Below, in pieces: positions 11,133 to 19,975 of a stretch of 64,000 nt of DNA. The notes beneath the pieces were generated by a model. The model had not been told where the DNA came from. It did no database searches and saw only the letters and a list, made by a program, of their open reading frames with translations. Every line of letters begins with the position of its first letter. The stretch's first letter is position 1. The translations under genes and the position numbers were made by a program. The DNA is from a virus (taxonomy: Duplodnaviria; Caudoviricetes): positions 14,347 through 78,346 of the IMG/VR virus record IMGVR_UViG_3300006217_000025; one strand, written 5' to 3'.

Positions 11133-12371
11133 TTATACCCCAATATATGTGTCAACTAATTCATCTAAGTTAATCAAATCATAATCACTAATCATATTCT
11201 TTTTAATAAGATTTTCTCGTAAATCTAAATTTTCTATCAATAATATGCGGAGAGCTTCTTTATATGATTCGGCTAATTTATTAGCTTTTAGTAATTTTTC
11301 TCGTTGTTCAGCAACAATATCTGCATAATCTGAATCATCAAGTTTTATAGCTCTTACCATAGCTTCTGCACTTATTTCAGCGACTTGTGTCATCCCTTTG
11401 CATGTTCCAATGTCAAATCCGTTTATATCTTTGTCTCGAATGTTAAGGTCTTTGAGTTTCTTAAGTTTCCCTGTCCAAGTGTTTTCACCTTTCTTTGCAT
11501 TCCTGCTGTTCTTTAATGAAATACAGCTTTCAGCAGCTAATTTTATTACCATTTCTTGAAGCTTCTGTTTGCTCTCGTTCAAAGACTTAATTGCCGAAGC
11601 ATTAGCAGCAATAGCTTTTGCGTCTATCATATAAACGGAAATTGCGGCATCTATCTTTTGAATTTGCAAAAAGTTTCGAACAATAGATACTATAGAATTT
11701 GTTCTCATCATATCATCATTATTGCTTTCATCACCCCTATCTAACATTCCTAACAGTTGCGAATATAAAAATGGTTGATCATCAACTGGTTCAGCTAAAA
11801 ATGGATCGTAGCCGATAAGTCTTTTGACATCTTCTTTATCTGTGATATATTGATCGTAAACACTTTTATCTATTTTTTTTAAATAATTATCATCTTTTTC
11901 ATCCTCATAAATAATAGGGGCTACATTTGTAAACATATCTGAATTTTCAAATGTCATTTGATTATAATTTTTTAAAGAAACATTTTTCATATAGCAGAAG
12001 AACACATCTCTATATCTGCCGGTTCTGCTTGATTCAGACTCTTGGATGCTAGAATTATAGATAGTTTCTAAGAATGGTTTATCTAGATAGCGCAAAGCTT
12101 TTATTAGAGATTCTCTTGTTACAGAATGCTCTTTCCCATTATCATCAACCCGTCTGGCTATATTTGTTGCACATTGTTTACAAATGGGAGTTGTTCCAGA
12201 CTTTCTTAATGGATCAGTGCTCATATAAAACATATCTTTTGGTTTATGCTTATCACAGAGAGAACAATGTGCACCATCTTCAATTTCATCAAGACGTTTT
12301 GTCAACATTTCATTGTGTTTTTTTAATTGTGCCATTGTAGTCGTTGGTTTTTTTGTACTAGTTCTTGCCAT
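11133..12371 (-). CDS. Zn-finger protein, possible terminase small subunit
   Basis: CxxC...CxxC near the N-terminus; immediately upstream of terL. Confidence 0.45.
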   Translation of the reverse strand: MARTSTKKPTTTMAQLKKHNEMLTKRLDEIEDGAHCSLCDKHKPKDMFYMSTDPLRKSGTTPICKQCATNIARRVDDNGKEHSVTRESLIKALRYLDKPFLETIYNSSIQESESSRTGRYRDVFFCYMKNVSLKNYNQMTFENSDMFTNVAPIIYEDEKDDNYLKKIDKSVYDQYITDKEDVKRLIGYDPFLAEPVDDQPFLYSQLLGMLDRGDESNNDDMMRTNSIVSIVRNFLQIQKIDAAISVYMIDAKAIAANASAIKSLNESKQKLQEMVIKLAAESCISLKNSRNAKKGENTWTGKLKKLKDLNIRDKDINGFDIGTCKGMTQVAEISAEAMVRAIKLDDSDYADIVAEQREKLLKANKLAESYKEALRILLIENLDLRENLIKKNMISDYDLINLDELVDTYIGV

Positions 12372-12393
12372 AAATAAATACCACCTTTACGAT

Positions 12394-12708
12394 TTAAGAC
12401 AGTAAAGTATTGTCATTCTCATCAATTTTATATGTTTCATTCTCATCATCAATTAAATTGTCTACTTGTTTTGAAATATCAAAAATAACATTTGATTGTT
12501 GTTTTGCAAGATTTTTATAAATATTTGATAAATTAGTAGCAAATCCTTTAAGTAAATACATAGATTTTTCAATTTCATATTCATTTAAATTCAAATTATT
12601 TTTAAATACTTTTTCAGCTTCTGAGATATAATTGTCTATAATTTCTAACACCTCATTTAACAACAAAGCATCTTCTGCACATGTGACTAGTTTCATATAA
12701 TTCACCAA
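12394..12708 (-). CDS. Hypothetical protein
   Basis: 104-aa ORF, co-directional. Confidence 0.5.
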   Translation of the reverse strand: MVNYMKLVTCAEDALLLNEVLEIIDNYISEAEKVFKNNLNLNEYEIEKSMYLLKGFATNLSNIYKNLAKQQSNVIFDISKQVDNLIDDENETYKIDENDNTLLS

Positions 12709-12711
12709 ACC

Positions 12712-12987
12712 TTATTGGTTTAAAGAGCATTCATCATGTTTACAATCAAATGCGATACATAATTTACAAATGTTAATAGAGTCGAGAATTTCATCCATTG
12801 AATCATAGAAAAGATCTAAAAACTCGCTCAAAGTATCTCGTATAGTAAGCTTTTTTGTATAACTCAAATCCTCATCATATGTATTATTCATTAAAATACC
12901 GCAAGTACCTTCTACTAACTTACATAATTCCCTAGTTGTATCTAATTTAGCTTTTTCATAAATATCTTGTGCTAATTGTTTGTCCAT
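12712..12987 (-). CDS. Hypothetical protein
   Basis: ATG at 12987 follows AAGGAG SD. Confidence 0.55.
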   Translation of the reverse strand: MDKQLAQDIYEKAKLDTTRELCKLVEGTCGILMNNTYDEDLSYTKKLTIRDTLSEFLDLFYDSMDEILDSINICKLCIAFDCKHDECSLNQ

Positions 12988-13138
12988 TTTAGTTTCTCCT
13001 TTATTTTTTATTAGTCTTTGGATGAACGGCATGTAATACAGATTCTAATCCATTTTCGTTTAAAAATATTTTTAACGGAAAAGAGTAGTAATAAAAATAC
13101 TTATTTATATCTAACTTACCTTTCTTTTATAATTTAAC

Positions 13139-14353
13139 CTAGTTTAATTCAACATTATAAATACACTCAACACCATTGCTATTACAAACTAACAATGTTT
13201 GAGATGAATTTCCTGTTAATCTTTTTTCAATCGTATAATCATCACCAGAACCAGCCAAACTTCCACTTTGAATAACTTTAACTCCATTAAACTCCATCAT
13301 AGCAGGAGAGTGGTTATGTCCTCTTAATATTGCATGTGGGAAACAGCCCACCATCATACAAATATTAGATACACTTTGTTTAGTCATACTATCATAGTCA
13401 CCATGTACAGCTAAATAAAATTTATTGCATACACTTAAATCTGCAATACCATTATCTATATTTCTATGACTCATGTAATGAAAATTTTCAATATGATTTA
13501 AAGACAAGGCAACAGCCCAACCAATAACATCATCAAGTCTTTCATTGTGTAAAGCATCATCTTTTCTGTCAATTCTTGAATGATTTCCACTTACATTCGT
13601 AAATTGTACACATTGGAATATTTTAGTTAATTCATAGCAAAATGACGAAATATATTCTGTAGTCAATTTAATTTGCTCAATAACATTTTCTTTATTTGTA
13701 ATAGCAATACTTTTGTGAATTGATCCTGACAGTAAATCGCCGAGTCCAACTACATGAACTTTCCAAACATTATGTAATTCTGCAACTTCTTTAATTTTAT
13801 CTAAATATTTGTTTAATCTTTCTTTTGCTATGTCAGAGTTATATTTACCAAATATAGAATCAAATGTTTGTCCTATATGCAAATCAGAAAGACAAACAAT
13901 CATTTCTTTTCCAGTTGCTGAAACAAGTGGGGGAATGTGAACTTCAAAATTCACTTTACCTAATTCTTTTAATTCTTCTTCAAGTAAAGAAAGAGTTTCA
14001 AATGCTCTAGCATCTGCATAGTTTTGCCTTTGCCAAGCATTTCGCTGGTCACGATACTGTATTCTAGCTCTCTCTAACTCTCTTTTCTTTTCATCTAATT
14101 TAGCCAAATATTCATCATCAAAATCATTTGCTTGTTTTTCGTCAAAGTATTGTTTAACAAAATAAGAACCGAAAATGCCTGTACAATTTTTACGTAAATG
14201 GTCATGATTAATAGGGAGATTATATCTATCTACAATATCTTGCCATTCATCATCACTTTCTCTGTTCATTTTCGCAAAGCAATCATTTATAATTTTTTCA
14301 TATGTTTCTTTGTCAATATTCTTTTTTTTTAATGTTTGCTCAATATTATCCAA
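13139..14353 (-). CDS. Calcineurin-like metallophosphoesterase
   Basis: SDLH, GD, GNH, HG and GHNH motifs. Confidence 0.85.
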   Translation of the reverse strand: MDNIEQTLKKKNIDKETYEKIINDCFAKMNRESDDEWQDIVDRYNLPINHDHLRKNCTGIFGSYFVKQYFDEKQANDFDDEYLAKLDEKKRELERARIQYRDQRNAWQRQNYADARAFETLSLLEEELKELGKVNFEVHIPPLVSATGKEMIVCLSDLHIGQTFDSIFGKYNSDIAKERLNKYLDKIKEVAELHNVWKVHVVGLGDLLSGSIHKSIAITNKENVIEQIKLTTEYISSFCYELTKIFQCVQFTNVSGNHSRIDRKDDALHNERLDDVIGWAVALSLNHIENFHYMSHRNIDNGIADLSVCNKFYLAVHGDYDSMTKQSVSNICMMVGCFPHAILRGHNHSPAMMEFNGVKVIQSGSLAGSGDDYTIEKRLTGNSSQTLLVCNSNGVECIYNVELN

Positions 14354-14555
14354 AAATAGTCACATCCTTAATGCTTTCTAAGCGTATTTAAAGCGTTCAT
14401 ATTTTTTCTTAATTCGGTCATATAATAATGTCTCTTTTTGCTTTGTGTTCCATAAATATCTTTTCCAAAAATTAGTCCATAATTATTTTCTAGTTCGAAT
14501 CTTTCTTTCTTTGTAATTTTAATCAAATTTTATCCCTCTTTCTCATATATGTTTT

Positions 14556-14629
14556 TGGTAGCAGCAACAAGAATTGAACTTGTATTATACGATTATTAGT
14601 CGCAAGTTTTACCATTAAACTATGCCACT
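14556..14629 (-). tRNA. tRNA with AAT anticodon (Ile, atypical)
   Basis: Cloverleaf AGTGGCA/TGCTGCT; anticodon arm TGCGA-CTAATAA-TCGTA; T arm ACAAG-TTCAATT-CTTGT; encoded CCA. Confidence 0.7.
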
Positions 14630-14816
14630 ATAATAGAAAAGACCTATGTTTCCATAAGTCTTCTTCCGCACCGAGTGCCATTTAATTGTAATTGTAATTT
14701 AAGAATCTCTTTCTACTCTAGGCAGATAAGCTAAATTTGTGCCAATAAAGATAATTAAGAATTTATCTCCATGTTAAAAAATAGAAATATTGTCCATTAT
14801 ATAATGCTAACATTTA

Positions 14817-14902
14817 TGGTGGATGTTCTTAGACTCGCACTAAGGGTGTTTCTTACGTCACAGCTTTACAGGCTGCTGCCATCGCTACTAGGCTAAACAT
14901 CC
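14817..14902 (-). tRNA. tRNA-Tyr(GTA)
   Basis: GGATGTT/AACATCC acceptor, CTGTAAA loop, long variable arm, CCA; T-loop TGCGAGT is non-canonical. Confidence 0.85.
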
Positions 14903-14910
14903 ATATTTTT

Positions 14911-15001
14911 TGGCGCACAACTGAGGTGTCGATCCCCAAACGTATCTCTACGTTCCCACTGTTTTCAAGACAGGTGCTAAGGCCGCTTAGCGTAGTTGTG
15001 C
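14911..15001 (-). tRNA. tRNA-Ser(TGA)
   Basis: GCACAAC/GTTGTGC acceptor, G73, CTTGAAA loop, long variable arm; T-loop ATCGACA. Confidence 0.88.
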
Positions 15002-15640
15002 ATGGCGTGAATGCTAAAAGTCGAACCGAACATATATGGTGAACAATCATGTTAGTTAAAAACAATAGATTTTCATCTATACATCACTTAGCAGGTGAGT
15101 CCTAAGACCTCTTAGGTTTAATGTGCAAGATATATAAGAGGTTTTCGCATTTTTTTACTCCATAAGTCTGTAATCCTTCGTTCCCGGCTACTCCTTTACA
15201 ACTCATTATTTCAACATTATGGCTTGTTTAGAGATTAGCTTTTCTCAAATCTTCTCTTATATTTTTGATATGCCTAGAAAAGTAAGTATACAATGCATTT
15301 TTGTTATACCATACCAAACACACAAACGTATATATATAAGTTCTATACACAATATATAACTAGCCCCAACACGCTGTTATATCACATCTTCAGTCTGCTG
15401 ATCAAACAGAATTTACAGTCAATCACACACATATAAAGTTGCACAATATATTTTATGATTTCTGCAATAGATGCTTACCAATAGGTCTTACGTATCTACT
15501 CAAAAAGTTTTCCATAATATTTTCTATAATTAGATGTAAGTGTTTTATTAGTTCCAATTAGTTGTATTCGTTTTATTAGCAAGAACAACATTTACATGAC
15601 TGTAGATATTTTTATGAAAACATTAGTGTTATTTAATTAT

Positions 15641-15717
15641 TGGTTGCTAACGCCTTGGAGTTGAACCAAGTTTTCAAGGGGTATGAACCCTCGCAAGATA
15701 CCGACCTTCCGCCAGCT
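15641..15717 (-). tRNA. tRNA-Met(CAT), initiator-like, atypical fold
   Basis: Anticodon arm GAGGG-TTCATAC-CCCTT with 3 G-C pairs; ...GCAACCA end; extended acceptor and short D arm. Confidence 0.65.
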
Positions 15718-15721
15718 ATAT

Positions 15722-15798
15722 TGGTGGACTCTGTAGGATTCGAACCTACAATCTTTCGGTTATGAGCCGACAGCTTTAACCAACTAAGCTAAGAGTCC
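15722..15798 (-). tRNA. tRNA-Ile2(CAT)
   Basis: GGACTCT acceptor and CGG-CTCATAA-CCG arm, typical of lysidine tRNA-Ile2. Confidence 0.85.
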
Positions 15799-15814
15799 GA
15801 AAGATAACAAAATT

Positions 15815-15898
15815 TGGTGTGGGTAGTAGGATTCGAACCTACACGCCGAAGGCGCCTGATTCTAAGTCAAGTGTGTCTGCCAGTTTCACCATACCCAC
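15815..15898 (-). tRNA. tRNA-Leu(TAG)
   Basis: GTGGGTA/TACCCAC acceptor, CTTAGAA loop, variable arm, CCA. Confidence 0.92.
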
Positions 15899-15911
15899 AA
15901 TTTTCATAAGA

Positions 15912-15985
15912 TGGGGGAGAAGAGAGGCCTCGAACCTCTGAAACAGAAAGAAGTGATTCACAGCTATCTGTTTTACCACCAAGTT
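15912..15985 (-). pseudogene. Degenerate tRNA remnant (His GTG-like)
   Basis: T arm AGAGG-TTCGAGG-CCTCT and CCA end intact, CTGTGAA loop present; 5' acceptor strand not found. Confidence 0.4.
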
Positions 15986-15988
15986 AAA

Positions 15989-16180
15989 TTAGCAGTTGGT
16001 TAATGTTAATTTCTTTCTTTTTTTACGATATTGTTTTTCCTTTTGATGTGCCACATATTTTTTTAATAATTTACAATTACCACAATTATTTTTGTTTTTG
16101 CAACACCAGCAATAATCTGTATCATCCCAAAACCATTCAGGGGGTTGTGGTTTTGCTTTTCTACGTTTTTTCTCTGCCAT
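15989..16180 (-). CDS. Small basic Cys-cluster protein inside the tRNA array
   Basis: AGGAG SD before ATG 16180; CWCC-x5-CxxC. The track start at 16246 overlaps tRNA-Pro. Confidence 0.6.
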   Translation of the reverse strand: MAEKKRRKAKPQPPEWFWDDTDYCWCCKNKNNCGNCKLLKKYVAHQKEKQYRKKRKKLTLTNC

Positions 16181-16212
16181 ATTTATTCTCCTAATTTGAA
16201 GTAAATATTTAA

Positions 16213-16289
16213 TGGTTGGGAAGACAGGATTCGAACCTGTGACCATCTAGTCCCAAACCAGATGCACTACCAAACTGTGCTACTTCCCA
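16213..16289 (-). tRNA. tRNA-Pro(TGG)
   Basis: TGGGAAG/CTTCCCA acceptor, TTTGGGA loop, canonical T arm. Confidence 0.92.
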
Positions 16290-16294
16290 ATAAA

Positions 16295-16370
16295 TGGCGG
16301 GCACTACAGGATTTGAACCTGTGACCTATTGATTAACAGTCAACCGCTCTGCCAACTGAGCTAAGCACCC
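16295..16370 (-). tRNA. tRNA-Asn(GTT)
   Basis: GGGTGCT/AGTGCCC acceptor, CTGTTAA loop, GCCA end. Confidence 0.92.
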
Positions 16371-16391
16371 ATAAAGAGATGTAAATCATCT

Positions 16392-17483
16392 CTAAATATT
16401 TCCTTTTAATCTACATGTATCTAAAACAGCTTTTAGAATGCTAATAAATTCATCTATAACAGCATAAGTAATACTATCATCAAACGATATTCGAATAGTA
16501 TGTTTAGCTTCTTCTTCCGTTAAGTCGTAAGATAATAAAACTTTACTAGGCTCATTATTACCACTATTACATGCACTTCCGGAACTCACCATAATTCCCC
16601 AATTATCTAACAAACTTATTAATTCTCTGTTTTCTATTTGAGGAACACAAGCACTGATAATATTTGGCATAAAGCTTTCAACTAAAATAGGTTTTCTATA
16701 TTTCTGGAAATTAACTTTAATACCAATTTCATATAATCTATTAACAAAATAATCACATTTTTTAATAATATCTATACCAAAATATTTATTGCTATTTAAA
16801 ACTATACCGGCGCATGCAATTGCCAAATAATTGTATGTACCACCTCTACGACCATTGTTTTGGCTACCGCAAATCAAAGGCTTAAGTGGAACACCATTTT
16901 TTACATAAAGAAATGCACATCCCACAATTCCACCAATTTTTTGAAAGGCAGCACTCATATAATCAATGTTTAGTTTTTTAACATCAATAAGATATTTCCC
17001 AAACATTGCAGTCGCATCCACATGAATATACATTTTCTTTCCATGAATAAATTTTGATATATTTTTGATGTCATAAATATGACCAGTTTCATTATTGGCA
17101 ATCATTTGACAGTAAAGCCCATTTTCATAATCTTTATTATCAGAGAGCCAATCAAACAATTTTTCCTCATTTTCAAACCTAATTGCTTTACTTTCAGAAA
17201 TTGATGAATGTTCAAAAGGGGAGCAAAATACTGTATTAAATGCATTCATAGCCAAAGCGTTTGACTCACTAGCACAAGATGTAAAAATAATTTCATCTGG
17301 ATCAGCATTAATCATATCAGCAATTTTTTGTCTTACGTTTTCAATTTCTGCTAAGTTATTTCTTGCTAATTGGTAAGAAGAGGAGGGATTATAAAATCCC
17401 TCTAGTAAGGAAGGAAGTCTATCATTAATTTCTTTAGATATAGGGCTCATCGCCGCATTATCTAAATAACAAGTATTCATCAT
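16392..17483 (-). CDS. iscS: Cysteine desulfurase (IscS/NifS family)
   Basis: YLDNAA, HVDA, QKIGG (PLP lysine) and SSGSAC (catalytic Cys) motifs. Confidence 0.85.
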   Translation of the reverse strand: MMNTCYLDNAAMSPISKEINDRLPSLLEGFYNPSSSYQLARNNLAEIENVRQKIADMINADPDEIIFTSCASESNALAMNAFNTVFCSPFEHSSISESKAIRFENEEKLFDWLSDNKDYENGLYCQMIANNETGHIYDIKNISKFIHGKKMYIHVDATAMFGKYLIDVKKLNIDYMSAAFQKIGGIVGCAFLYVKNGVPLKPLICGSQNNGRRGGTYNYLAIACAGIVLNSNKYFGIDIIKKCDYFVNRLYEIGIKVNFQKYRKPILVESFMPNIISACVPQIENRELISLLDNWGIMVSSGSACNSGNNEPSKVLLSYDLTEEEAKHTIRISFDDSITYAVIDEFISILKAVLDTCRLKGNI

Positions 17484-19021
17484 AAATTAATACCAAACAA
17501 AGCCGTTTCAATAGCTTTATATCTATCAGAATTTAACACTTTCAACAAAGCTTTATATGGATCTAAATCACCAGTTAAAGCCATATTTACAACTGCTGGA
17601 CTAAATCCTGATAACAAAATCACACCTAAATCATTTTGTGTAAGAGGAATTGCATTTGTTCTACCACATGTATTCCAAAAGACTAATCTTGGAAGATTAT
17701 AGCCATATTCTGCAAATTCATCTTTAATTTCTTCAAACAATGCTTTATTATATCTGGCACCATCATCAAACTCCATATCAGAAATAACCAAGATATTAGG
17801 TATTTGTTCTTGAGTATATTTATTTTTGATAGCCACCTTAAGAACTAATTCAAATACTGCTTTAATATTTGTATTAGCCACCTCAGAATATTTGTAACAA
17901 ATATCTAATTTTTCTTTAAGCGACTTACCTTTAGACAAATCAACTAACTGTGGCCTACTAGAGAATGTAATGTATTTATCTTTATATTCTCCATCACATC
18001 TTTCAGCAAAATAGATAGCCAATGAATTAGCAACATCAATAGCCATAACTGAATTATTGCTAATCCCGATATACATATACATGCTTCCAGAACCATCTGC
18101 AACAACTAGCGTATTAGATTCTCCGTTCACATAATTAGGAAGGTGTTTCCAAAGTTGTTCGTAGGTTTCGTTATAGTTATCACGTCCATACTTATCTACA
18201 ATTTCATATGGGAATAAAGTTTTTGAATTAATTTTTGCTTTACCACTCTTTAACAATGCTAAGAATTCAAGTCTTCTATCTGTGTCGTGCGTGATAAAAG
18301 CTTGATCATAGATAAGATTTGCTTTTGATGGAACAATAGAGTAATTAATTTTATCCCATTCATTAGCGGACATTTGCTTTTCAACTACGTTTAGATATTC
18401 ACGCAATCTAGATAGTGTTTTAGCATAAGATTTTCTGTTTAAATGGAATTCTGTCATAAATTTTGAGCAAAAATTCTTTTTTTGTTCATATTTTTTATAT
18501 AATTCTTCTGAGTTATATTTAATAGCTTTCTTTTTATACTTAGCATAGTATGGAGACGGCAAATATTTAGCCAATAACGAAATAGATTTACCTTTTGAGA
18601 CATTATCAATATCGTTAATAAATTGTACATAGCAATGTTGTAACATGATTTGCTCTAAAGGTGTATTGATTAATATAAACAAATCATCCCAACGTCCATA
18701 TTCTGGCACTAAGTCAATTAAACGTTTAGCAATTTCAGTTTCGTTATATGCCAAATATTCAAAAATCACTCTGAAGCTTCTTCTTTCACCTAAGCCTCCC
18801 CGCACATCTCTTAAATAAAAGAGCCATTTTAACGCAGTTAGCTTATCCTCATAATATGCTTTAACAAACAATTTACAAATTTGTTCATTTGTAGCGTTTC
18901 TCAATGAACTTGTTTTAAAATGTAAATCTAACAATTCTTTGCCAGATGTTCTAAAACCTAGAGCTCCGTTTTCAGTTGTGATTAATTCTTTATTTAATTC
19001 TCTTTTTAAATCATTGATCAT
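17480..19021 (-). CDS. DUF2828-like protein with C-terminal vWA domain (TROVE/Ro60-like architecture)
   Basis: TENGA N-terminus, RDVRGGLGER, MIDAS DGSGS and ISDMEFD motifs. Confidence 0.75.
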   Translation of the reverse strand: MINDLKRELNKELITTENGALGFRTSGKELLDLHFKTSSLRNATNEQICKLFVKAYYEDKLTALKWLFYLRDVRGGLGERRSFRVIFEYLAYNETEIAKRLIDLVPEYGRWDDLFILINTPLEQIMLQHCYVQFINDIDNVSKGKSISLLAKYLPSPYYAKYKKKAIKYNSEELYKKYEQKKNFCSKFMTEFHLNRKSYAKTLSRLREYLNVVEKQMSANEWDKINYSIVPSKANLIYDQAFITHDTDRRLEFLALLKSGKAKINSKTLFPYEIVDKYGRDNYNETYEQLWKHLPNYVNGESNTLVVADGSGSMYMYIGISNNSVMAIDVANSLAIYFAERCDGEYKDKYITFSSRPQLVDLSKGKSLKEKLDICYKYSEVANTNIKAVFELVLKVAIKNKYTQEQIPNILVISDMEFDDGARYNKALFEEIKDEFAEYGYNLPRLVFWNTCGRTNAIPLTQNDLGVILLSGFSPAVVNMALTGDLDPYKALLKVLNSDRYKAIETALFGINL

Positions 19022-19066
19022 TTTTAATCCTCCAATTATAAAGAATATAACATAGGACGTGAAGGG

Positions 19067-19383
19067 AGGGCGGTCAAGGAATCAAACCTTGATTAAGCTA
19101 TCTCATCCATAAATAGTAGTTATTTGAATTCTTTATAGTTTTTTTGCTGTTAGAGTTTATTTACATAATCTCATAATAAATTTTAGTAGGATAGACACAT
19201 TACATTTAATGCGTCTATCATTGCTTAGCCTATGAATCATTCCGCCCATATTAGACATCCCATATAGTCGCCAAAAATATACTTTGTTATCAAATTGCTG
19301 TGAGGGTTGTCTATTTAAGAAGTCCCATTTTAAACATTTAGCCATTTTCCTATTAGTTTATAAATTTGCTGTTAGGGTCTTCT
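19067..19383 (-). repeat. Three ACAGCAA-containing stem-loop units plus a T-arm-like module upstream of DUF2828
   Basis: TTGCTGT (plus strand) at 19144, 19295 and 19366; closing stems AGAAGaCCC/GGGaCTTCT and TAGACAaCCC/GGGATGTCTA. Confidence 0.6.
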
Positions 19384-19490
19384 ATTAAAAGAAAAGTAAG
19401 GATAATATATGCCTTTATCTATTTCACATACATATTATACCACTTAATAGCATATAAATCAAATAAACAGGGCATTATATCCTATTAAAA

Positions 19491-19778
19491 TTAATTTAAT
19501 TCTTCTTTGAATTTTCTAGAAAACTTAACTCTTGGTGCTGTTTTTTCAGGAACCTCATATTTTTCTCCAGTTTGAATATTAGTCATAACTCTTGCATCTT
19601 GAACTGATGTATAGAATTTTGCAAAGTTTTTGAATGAAATTTCATCACCATTAGTTAAAACGTCCTTAATTGTTTCAATTAAACTATCTGTAACCATAGT
19701 TACTGTCTTAACTGAAATTTCTTCTCCTTGTTCAGCCATTTTTGCTGTTACTTCTTTCATTAAATCTTTTTTATCCAT
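19491..19778 (-). CDS. hup: HU-like DNA-binding protein
   Basis: 95 aa; ISFKNFAKF...AR..NIQTGE...VP..KFS pattern of the HU/IHF family. Confidence 0.85.
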   Translation of the reverse strand: MDKKDLMKEVTAKMAEQGEEISVKTVTMVTDSLIETIKDVLTNGDEISFKNFAKFYTSVQDARVMTNIQTGEKYEVPEKTAPRVKFSRKFKEELN

Positions 19779-19975
19779 TTTCTTTTTTTCTCCTTTTTTT
19801 ATCTAAAATTTAGTTTTTCACTTCTCTTATCATACTTCGCTTAATTTTGAAATCAAAGTGTCGGAAAATCCGAAACAAATGAAGCATAAAATTCTAAAGG
19901 TGGTCACTTTTACCCTTCGTTTTTGAATATTTTTTTCTCAGATGTAAACTACCAATCAACTAAAACGAATGTTTT

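Noticed and set aside
14853-15065. 70-aa ORF from the track
   Set aside because: It overlaps tRNA-Tyr and tRNA-Ser on the same strand; spurious.
15003-15600. tmRNA
   Set aside because: The discriminator is G not A, there is no G3-U70 alanine identity, and no tag ORF ending in Ala-Ala was found.
19157-19345. 62-aa ORF from the track
   Set aside because: It lies across the structured ACAGCAA repeat units and is more likely non-coding; not excluded as a leader peptide.
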